NCBI GenBank assembly: GCA_049973735.1
Contig: JBMFJL010000006.1
Span: 1-19,724, forward strand
Length of the DNA stretch: 19,724 nt
Reading direction: 5' to 3'
DNA from: Nanopusillaceae archaeon
Lineage (GTDB): Archaea; Nanobdellota; Nanobdellia; Nanobdellales; Nanobdellaceae
The first letter of the stretch is position 1. Every line of letters begins with the position of its first letter. Below the pieces are notes generated by a model. It saw only the letters and a list, made by a program, of their open reading frames with translations. It did not search any database and was not told where the DNA came from. A program made the translations under genes and the position numbers. Positions 1-5,983 of this stretch are shown in pieces.

Positions 1-1208
1 GCTAAGAATGTTATATTATATTGTTGATAGCTATTTACATTTGATGGAGCAGTTATTGTAAATATATAACTACCTCCAGATGTAATATTAACTTGAGTTG
101 GAGAACATGTTACTCCAGAAGGTGGTAAACATTGTAATGTCATATTATTTCCCAGTGTATTATTTGCACTAACATTTATTGAAATAGTTTGTCCTGGATT
201 TACATTTGCAGAAGATTGATTTAAAATGATAGTTAAATTTTCCATTACAGGAACTATAGAAATTGAAGGCATAACTCCATTTGGAGGATATGCAGATATA
301 AATACCCAGTATATATCCTGATATGACCCGGTTATCCATCCAGGAACACGTGTAAGATAAGCAATCGTCGAAGAAGAACTTGAAGAATTTACATTAAGCA
401 AAACAAAATTATATCCTTGAGGTAAAGAGGTATATACAGTATAATAATTTCTATTTGAAATCACCGGAGTTTGATTAGTTATACCAAAATAATTTGTATT
501 ACCATTAGGATATGAATATACATATGTACCTATTAAAAAAGAAGATCCTGCAATTGAAGAAGGTAAACTACGATACAAACCGTAATACCAATAATAAGCT
601 GAAGTTTGTACATACCTAGTATAATTTATGTTATAAGTTACTGAAACAGAACCTAAATTATTCCATCCTGATGGTAAAGAGCTTAAATTACCAAAGTTTT
701 GATAATAATTAAATACGTTATTTCCATTATCATATTGAGAAGTTCCTAATACTTGTATTGGAGCTCCTACATATGGATAGTACAAAACATAGAAATTATC
801 TGAAGTATTTCCAACGTACATATAAATAGTTAAAGTACTATTTGCGGAGATTCCATCTGGCAGTTTTACCCACCAAACGTCACAAAATACCCCATTAATA
901 TTAATTTGACCATTGTACCATGAATACAATATAGAACCGGTTGGATTGAGCAGATTTCTAAAGAAAAATACATTTTGCCCATTTGGATTTATTTTATTAA
1001 ACAATGTAGCATTATTTATATATGAGAAATTGCTTCTTAAACTTACTGTTCCATTACATATTGCTATGTCCTGCTGAAATGGTACTGGTGTAGGACTATA
1101 CTGCGTGTTATATATATTAATTTCATAATATTCTGCTGAGTAAATATTGAATAATAGTAAAAATAAAACAATCAGAGCTCCTAATTTATATATTTTTATT
1201 TTCCTCAT
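1..1208 (-). CDS. Secreted surface protein, N-terminal portion (signal peptide plus DUF2341-like/LamG-like region). The 3' end runs off the window start.
   Basis: This ORF is absent from the supplied track because it has no stop in the window. I translated the reverse strand by hand from ATG 1208-1206, and the frame stays open to base 3. It reads MRKIKIYKLGALIVLFLLLFNIYSAEYYEINIYNTQYSPTPVPFQQDIAICNGT...QCLPPSGVTCSPTQVNITSGGSYIFTITAPSNVNSYQQYNITFLA. The N-terminus is basic then hydrophobic, as in a signal peptide. The segment NGQNVFFFRNLLNPTGSILYSWYNGQININGVFCDVWWVKLPDGISANSTLTIYMYVGN fits my memory of the DUF2341 pattern (DirF..L.yw...vWVKvP...t.iymYyGN). N-x-S/T sequons are frequent. Confidence 0.7.
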   Translation of the reverse strand, partial: MRKIKIYKLGALIVLFLLLFNIYSAEYYEINIYNTQYSPTPVPFQQDIAICNGTVSLRSNFSYINNATLFNKINPNGQNVFFFRNLLNPTGSILYSWYNGQININGVFCDVWWVKLPDGISANSTLTIYMYVGNTSDNFYVLYYPYVGAPIQVLGTSQYDNGNNVFNYYQNFGNLSSLPSGWNNLGSVSVTYNINYTRYVQTSAYYWYYGLYRSLPSSIAGSSFLIGTYVYSYPNGNTNYFGITNQTPVISNRNYYTVYTSLPQGYNFVLLNVNSSSSSSTIAYLTRVPGWITGSYQDIYWVFISAYPPNGVMPSISIVPVMENLTIILNQSSANVNPGQTISINVSANNTLGNNMTLQCLPPSGVTCSPTQVNITSGGSYIFTITAPSNVNSYQQYNITFL

Positions 1209-1232
1209 TTTTCTATATAAAAACTTGAACCC

Positions 1233-1240
1233 ATATAAAA
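1233..1240 (-). promoter_or_regulatory. TATA-like box for the 1-1208 gene
   Basis: The minus strand reads TTTTATAT at -32..-25 relative to the A of ATG 1208. This spacing implies a leaderless or near-leaderless mRNA. Confidence 0.4.
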
Positions 1241-1274
1241 GTTTGTTAACCATAGATGACTATCAAGCACAGTC

Positions 1275-1347
1275 TGGGCCCGGGGGGATTCGAACCCCCG
1301 ACCTTCGGGTTAAAAGCCCGACGCTCTACCAGCTGAGCTACGGGCCC
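1275..1347 (-). tRNA. tRNA-Lys (anticodon UUU), 73 nt, no intron, CCA not encoded
   Basis: The reverse complement is GGGCCCGTAGCTCAGCTGGTAGAGCGTCGGGCTTTTAACCCGAAGGTCGGGGGTTCGAATCCCCCCGGGCCCA. It folds as a perfect cloverleaf with a 7-bp acceptor stem, GCTC/GAGC D stem, TCGGG/CCCGA anticodon stem, loop CTTTTAA, GGGGG/CCCCC T stem and TTCGAAT T loop. G+C is 49 of 73. Confidence 0.95.
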
Positions 1348-1375
1348 TTTATTGATATAAAGTATTTCGAAAATA

Positions 1376-1383
1376 AATATAAA
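1376..1383 (-). promoter_or_regulatory. TATA-like element upstream of tRNA-Lys
   Basis: The minus strand reads TTTATATT at -36..-29 from the mature 5' end (1347). The other two tRNAs carry a similar element in the same register. Confidence 0.35.
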
Positions 1384-1390
1384 TGTATTT

Positions 1391-2086
1391 TTAAGAGAGG
1401 ATATTGTATATTATTGAGTTATTAAAATATGTAAAGAAGCTAATATAATCAGAAATAGTACTAAAATATGTAAGATAAGTAGGATAACCAATCATTTTTT
1501 CTCCATTATATATGTATAAAGAACTTTTATAATCTGTAAATCCTAATAAATTATTTCCAGTTAATATTGAAATTGAGGCGTTATTGCTCAAAATAGCATT
1601 ACAATAATAAAAAGATCTATAATAAATACCATAGTATGAAAATACAGATCCATAAATATTTCTACAATTTAATGTAGCGTTGTTTGTTGTATAATTAAGT
1701 TCACTAAAGAAATTAAAAATGTAGAAATTGACTGATGAATTTAAATTTTTTATTAGAGTAATTTGTACAATATTAATAGATTGATTATCATTGCTATAAT
1801 ATATTTCAATACAATTGGTGCAAGGATAATACTTATAATTCACAAAAATTACAGATGGCTTAGAAACTAAAATAAAAGGATAATTTAAAATATTAGAAGC
1901 ATATTTAATGTCATATCCATTTGTATAATAGAATGTACCTAATAATATTTTTTGAAAGTTATCAATTCTTGAAATATCTACTGAAAAACTACTTAATGAT
2001 CTTATCCATGACATAGTAAAAGTTAATAATACAATTAAAAATATTATAAAGGTTACTAAAAACTCGATCCAGTGTTGACTTTTCAT
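1391..2086 (-). CDS. Membrane-anchored, sequon-rich protein with a type IV pilin-like (class III signal-like) N-terminus
   Basis: The ATG is at 2086-2084, and ATGA overlaps the stop of the upstream T2SSF gene (2083-2086). The N-terminus is MKS/QHWIEFLVTFIIFLIVLLTF: a charged residue and a small residue, then Q at +1 and E at +5, then about 20 hydrophobic residues. The rest is N/Y/S-rich with about 6 N-x-S/T sequons. I recognise no other family. Confidence 0.6.
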   Translation of the reverse strand: MKSQHWIEFLVTFIIFLIVLLTFTMSWIRSLSSFSVDISRIDNFQKILLGTFYYTNGYDIKYASNILNYPFILVSKPSVIFVNYKYYPCTNCIEIYYSNDNQSINIVQITLIKNLNSSVNFYIFNFFSELNYTTNNATLNCRNIYGSVFSYYGIYYRSFYYCNAILSNNASISILTGNNLLGFTDYKSSLYIYNGEKMIGYPTYLTYFSTISDYISFFTYFNNSIIYNILS

Positions 2087-3345
2087 ATTGTAATGTTTAA
2101 TTTTTGTTCTGCAGTATATTTTTGACCATTTAAATCCATTTGTGCTATAATTAAATATTGTCCAGGATCTGTAAATCTTAAAGATGTAGAATAATAGCCA
2201 TTTTGTAATATTTCATTATTCACATAAGAGTAGTTTACATCTATTCCAGTAATATTAAGAATTATCTGTACATTACTAATTGGTATGGCATCTTTTGTTG
2301 CATATATCTGTATATTTACAGGAGAATAAGCATAAGCCGGATTGGGATAAACATTTAATGTAAAACTAACTTGTTCTGGCAATATAAATATTATTATAGA
2401 TAAAATAGCGATAAAAGATGTTATACCTATATGTTTAAAGGAAGATAGTATCTTTCCAGATTCTGCAATACCCATGATTATTGATGTAGAAATTGCTATA
2501 ATTATTATTGATATTTCTGTAACAAATTTAAGTTGTTGATAATTTATATTATAAGAAAATATACTAAAAGTGCTTTTTGTAGATGCAGAAGTAATAAATT
2601 GGGAAGCTATCAATGGTTGTATACTATTTAATATAGATATCATAAGTCCTATGAATATGAGAAATATAGCATATAACACCATTGTTTGCTGTGATATATA
2701 TGCCTTTTTTAGTTTTTCAAGATCCCTTAGGTTTTGAAGATCTGTATATAATCTTTTCAATACTTTAGAAAGATCACCTCCTCCCTTATAAGATTCAAGT
2801 ATAATGTTATTTATTCCTTTTATGTCTGGTATATCATCAAAGTACATATTGAATAAGGAAAAAGCTTTTTCAAATGGATATCCCCACTTAATCCAACTAT
2901 ATAATTTTCTTACAAAATTGGATAAATATCCCAAATCCAAATTGGAAACATAGTATAAAGCATCTAATAGAGTCATACCAGAAGAAAGGCTGTCTGATAA
3001 ATATGACAAGAAGTAAGGATAGTTATCTAATATGTTTTCTCTTATTTTCTCGTTTACATACTTATAAAAAATATAAGGACCGGCACCTACAGCATATATA
3101 ACTAATATTAGAATGGATAGTGATACATAGTTTAAGTATAATTTTAGTATTAAACCAATAATCAATATTATTAATGCTCCAATAATGGAGAATAATAATA
3201 TTACATTTTCCTCTTTTATATAGGTATTTCCAAATTTTATCTTTTTATAGTTTTCAGGTTCATTTATATTTAGCGTAATACCTAGTATATCGAGAAAGGA
3301 TTTCTTTTTCTTTTGAACATTTTTAGGTTTATCTTCTGTAGACAT
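2083..3345 (-). CDS. Single-domain T2SSF (TadC/PilC/ArlJ-like) polytopic membrane platform protein with a C-terminal extracytoplasmic beta-rich domain
   Basis: The ORF is 420 aa starting at ATG 3345. A basic cytoplasmic N-terminus is followed by 2 TM segments and then one T2SSF-type domain (YFLSYLSDSLSSGMTLLDALYYV...ILESYKGGGDLSKVLKRLYTDLQNLRDLEKLKKAYISQQTMVLYAIFLIFIG). Three more TM segments follow, then a 95-aa tail (VSFTLNVYPNP...LNITI). Confidence 0.8.
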   Translation of the reverse strand: MSTEDKPKNVQKKKKSFLDILGITLNINEPENYKKIKFGNTYIKEENVILLFSIIGALIILIIGLILKLYLNYVSLSILILVIYAVGAGPYIFYKYVNEKIRENILDNYPYFLSYLSDSLSSGMTLLDALYYVSNLDLGYLSNFVRKLYSWIKWGYPFEKAFSLFNMYFDDIPDIKGINNIILESYKGGGDLSKVLKRLYTDLQNLRDLEKLKKAYISQQTMVLYAIFLIFIGLMISILNSIQPLIASQFITSASTKSTFSIFSYNINYQQLKFVTEISIIIIAISTSIIMGIAESGKILSSFKHIGITSFIAILSIIIFILPEQVSFTLNVYPNPAYAYSPVNIQIYATKDAIPISNVQIILNITGIDVNYSYVNNEILQNGYYSTSLRFTDPGQYLIIAQMDLNGQKYTAEQKLNITI

Positions 3346-3381
3346 TATATTTTTATTTTACAATCTTGAAATTTAAATATT
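3346..3381. promoter_or_regulatory. 36-bp divergent promoter region with two back-to-back TATA-like boxes
   Basis: TTTTATTTTA at 3351-3360 lies at -31..-22 from ATG 3382. On the minus strand, TTTAAATT at 3370-3377 lies at -32..-25 from ATG 3345. Each box sits next to the other gene's start codon, which implies leaderless transcripts. Confidence 0.4.
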
Positions 3382-4215
3382 ATGGGTATCTTAGATGACT
3401 TATTCGAAGGAATAACTAATGATTATCTATCGGCAGGTTTTAAGAAAAAATTATCTGATTATATAAGAGAAGCTAAGATTTATTCGATTGGTGTAAGTAT
3501 ATCTATAACAATACTGGTATTCTTTTTACTATTATTGTTTATAATGAGATACAAAACTCTTCCGATATATGTTTTGTTTTTAGTACCACTTGTATGGGTT
3601 GTATCTTTCTTTGGTATGCTTTACTTTTTTAGAATTTATCCGAAATTAGTTAAATCTGAAAGGCAAAGAAAAATAGATAATTCGCTATATTATGTTACTT
3701 TATACATGGCAGCTTTAGCATCTTCTGGTGTAAATCCTAAAGTAATGTTTGAATTATTGGCAAAATATAAAGAATTTTCAGAAATTCATAAGGAAGCTAA
3801 AGATATAATATATTTAGTAGATACTGTAGGATTGTCATTACCATTAGCTTTAAAGTATAAAGTAGAGCACTCACCATCCAAAAGATGGGCTTCTATATTA
3901 GAAGGTATTAGGACAATGATCACTGAAGGAGGGGATTTGGAAAGGTATCTGTATGAACAGGCAGCAACTTTAGCAGAGGAGTATAAAAGAAAAATAATAG
4001 AGTATTCAAACAATCTTCAAATATTTTTGGAAATATATATAACTCTTGTTGTAGTAGGTGTAATATTTATAATAGTATTGACAACATTGATGGGTTCTAT
4101 AGCTGGTGGAGGAAATATATTTCTTTTGCAATTAATGAGTGTCTTAATAGTTATGCCAATGGCAACAGCACTCTTTGTAATATTGATTAAAGCTATAAAT
4201 CCATTTGAATCGTAA
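3382..4215 (+). CDS. Single-domain T2SSF membrane protein resembling the N-terminal half of archaellum/pilus platform protein ArlJ (FlaJ)
   Basis: The ORF is 277 aa, with 2 TM segments, one cytoplasmic T2SSF domain and 2 more TM segments. The stretch YVTLYMAALASSGVNPKVMFELLAKYKEFSEIHKEAKDIIYLVDTVGLSLPLALKYKVEHSPSKRWASILEGIRTMITEGGDLERYLYEQAATLAEEYKRKIIEYSNNLQIFLEIYITLVVVG aligns by eye with the first repeat of FlaJ proteins (..YALSRSGM.FP.VM..LA...TPS...G..L..FL..Q...). Confidence 0.85.
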   Translation: MGILDDLFEGITNDYLSAGFKKKLSDYIREAKIYSIGVSISITILVFFLLLLFIMRYKTLPIYVLFLVPLVWVVSFFGMLYFFRIYPKLVKSERQRKIDNSLYYVTLYMAALASSGVNPKVMFELLAKYKEFSEIHKEAKDIIYLVDTVGLSLPLALKYKVEHSPSKRWASILEGIRTMITEGGDLERYLYEQAATLAEEYKRKIIEYSNNLQIFLEIYITLVVVGVIFIIVLTTLMGSIAGGGNIFLLQLMSVLIVMPMATALFVILIKAINPFES

Positions 4216-4881
4216 TTAAGAAATAGAGATATTATTATTCAAAGAATAAAGCGATATAAGATTTTTTACTATTATATCGGTATTATAAACTTTAATTTCT
4301 CCATATTTTAAATTATCATATAGTACATACAATAAGTTCTCTCTTCTATTACTTAAAACATTTAATATTTCTTCTGAAACATTTTTGCTCATATATATTA
4401 TAAGAGTGTTGTTCTGTTCTAATGCATATTCCAATAAAGCATATGATATACCTACAGGTGTAAATTTGTAAGCGCCACAAGAATCTTCAATACATAGTAT
4501 AAATACATATTGAGGATATATTATGCTTAAATTATTATAATATAGCAAATAATTTGCTTTCACAATGGAGTCATTTACTATATAATCATCGATCCTATTT
4601 ATGAAATAATCGGAGTAGTTAGAATTATTAGTAATAATTATTTCATTTCTGCTTTTTAATATTCCGTTAAAATAAATATATGCCAAATCATATCCTGTAA
4701 TATTTAAATATGCATAATCGATTATTTTAGTATCATTTTCAGTTATGTTTACTATGTATGGGAATTTTAATATATAGACAGGAGAAAACAGATATTTATA
4801 AATAATTGATAAAAAAACCATCACAAAAGAAAAAATAATTAGTGCTGTAAGTATTTTGTTTCTAATAGATGACTTCTTCAA
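4216..4881 (-). CDS. Signal-anchored extracytoplasmic protein of unknown function, very sequon-dense
   Basis: The ORF is 221 aa. The track start is TTG (4881-4879), 20 nt inside the end of ndk. The only in-frame ATG/GTG (residues 20/21) would cut the TM segment in half. The basic KKSSIRNK followed by ILTALIIFSFVMVFLSIIY fits the positive-inside rule, so I keep the TTG. I count about 10 N-x-S/T sequons. Confidence 0.55.
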   Translation of the reverse strand: MKKSSIRNKILTALIIFSFVMVFLSIIYKYLFSPVYILKFPYIVNITENDTKIIDYAYLNITGYDLAYIYFNGILKSRNEIIITNNSNYSDYFINRIDDYIVNDSIVKANYLLYYNNLSIIYPQYVFILCIEDSCGAYKFTPVGISYALLEYALEQNNTLIIYMSKNVSEEILNVLSNRRENLLYVLYDNLKYGEIKVYNTDIIVKNLISLYSLNNNISIS

Positions 4882-5458
4882 TGTTTCTATTATAATTATA
4901 TATCTCCTCTGGCTTAAATAAAATGTTTATTTCTCTTTCAGCATCTTTTTCTGTTTCAGATGCATGTACGACATTTCTTAATACAATTTTATTCCAGTTA
5001 GCATATGCAATTGACATGTGTGCAAAATCTCCTCTAATAGTTCCAGGTGGTGCTTTTAAAGGTTCTGTAGGACCTACTAGTTTTCTTACAACCTCTACTG
5101 CATTAACACCTTCCAATACAATGCAGACGACAGGGTCTGATGTTATAAAATCTATAAGCCATTTTCTTATTGTTTTACCTATTTCTAATGGATCATCTGT
5201 ACCAAATTCTTCCTTTGGATTAAGACCAAGTTCTAGGTATCTAGAAAGAGTTTTATTTCCAACAGATACTAACCAAAGATCATCAGCATGATAAAACTTT
5301 TCTGCTTGTTCTTTACTCATCTTGATCATTTTTAATCCAACTATTTTTAGTCCAGCTCTTTCAAATCTACTTATAATTTCTCCTATTATTGATCTTTTTA
5401 CACTATCTGGTTTAATGACTACAAGTGTTCTTTGTACAAGATGTCTTCCAGCTGTCAT
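4862..5458 (-). CDS. ndk: Nucleoside diphosphate kinase, long form with an internal insertion
   Basis: Diagnostic matches are [43 protein letters not shown] and the active-site NVVHASE. The gene sits downstream of rps28e-rpl24e, as in the conserved archaeal cluster. At 198 aa it is about 50 aa longer than the usual protein, owing to an insertion after EKFY. Confidence 0.9.
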   Translation of the reverse strand: MTAGRHLVQRTLVVIKPDSVKRSIIGEIISRFERAGLKIVGLKMIKMSKEQAEKFYHADDLWLVSVGNKTLSRYLELGLNPKEEFGTDDPLEIGKTIRKWLIDFITSDPVVCIVLEGVNAVEVVRKLVGPTEPLKAPPGTIRGDFAHMSIAYANWNKIVLRNVVHASETEKDAEREINILFKPEEIYNYNRNIEEVIY

Positions 5459-5637
5459 TTGTTTTTGTTATAATATTTAGTCCATTTATATTTTCTATTA
5501 TCCCTTTTCATTTCCCAATATCTATAACATTTTCTACTACAAAAGTATAATACTTTTCCATCATTCAGTGCATAAATTAATCCAGTACCAGGCTCAATTT
5601 CATTTCTACAATAAGAACAGATATTTTTTACTATCAT
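5455..5637 (-). CDS. rpl24e: 50S ribosomal protein L24e
   Basis: The ORF is 60 aa. It has a CxxC...CxxxC zinc ribbon ([35 protein letters not shown]) and an ATGA overlap with ndk. Confidence 0.9.
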   Translation of the reverse strand: MIVKNICSYCRNEIEPGTGLIYALNDGKVLYFCSRKCYRYWEMKRDNRKYKWTKYYNKNK

Positions 5638-5638
5638 T

Positions 5639-5932
5639 TTAGTCTTTCTTTTCTATTGGCATTGCAGATATTTCCGTTTCTCTAAGCACAATAATATCTC
5701 CTTTTCTTACCGGTCCTATAACATTTCTTCTTAGTATTTTTCCTGCATCCTGACCATCTAATACTCTAACAATAACGTGAGTAGCTTCTCCCCTCATTCC
5801 TGTTCTACCAACAATATCTATTATTTCTGCTCTATAGGATTTACTCCAAGTTACTGTATTTTCCCTAATGACGTTATCTTCAGCATGTTTGATACCTTCT
5901 TCAGAAACTTTGCTTACCATCTTTTTTGGCAT
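5639..5932 (-). CDS. rps28e: 30S ribosomal protein S28e with an N-terminal extension of about 25 aa
   Basis: The core is [53 protein letters not shown]. It lies 1 nt upstream of rpl24e. Confidence 0.9.
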   Translation of the reverse strand: MPKKMVSKVSEEGIKHAEDNVIRENTVTWSKSYRAEIIDIVGRTGMRGEATHVIVRVLDGQDAGKILRRNVIGPVRKGDIIVLRETEISAMPIEKKD

Positions 5933-5983
5933 ATAACTAAGTCTTATGAATAATTTTTAAATTTTCTACCTAAAATAGTAGAA
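5933..5983. promoter_or_regulatory. 51-bp divergent promoter with a single central symmetric TATA-like element
   Basis: TTTTTAAATTTT occupies 5954-5965, and its TTTAAA core (5956-5961) is centred at 5958.5. The midpoint between the two start codons (5932 and 5984) is 5958. The element reads TTTAAAAA at -29..-22 for rps28e and TTTTAAAT at -29..-22 for aglB. Confidence 0.45.

Noticed and set aside
1147-1425. 92-aa plus-strand ORF from the track (TTG start)
   Set aside because: It runs antisense straight through tRNA-Lys. The only non-low-complexity part, GPGGIRTPDLRVKSPTLYQLSYGP, is simply the GC-rich tRNA read as protein. The flanks are promoter and spacer sequence.
2083-4215. The two T2SSF genes as a pseudogenised arlJ broken by an inversion
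   Set aside because: Both ORFs are intact, and each has its own ATG, a TATA-like box at the proper distance and a complete unit of cytoplasmic N-terminus, 2 TM segments, T2SSF domain and further TM segments. No frameshifts or truncated motifs are visible. An ancient inversion followed by functional fixation remains possible and is covered in the findings.
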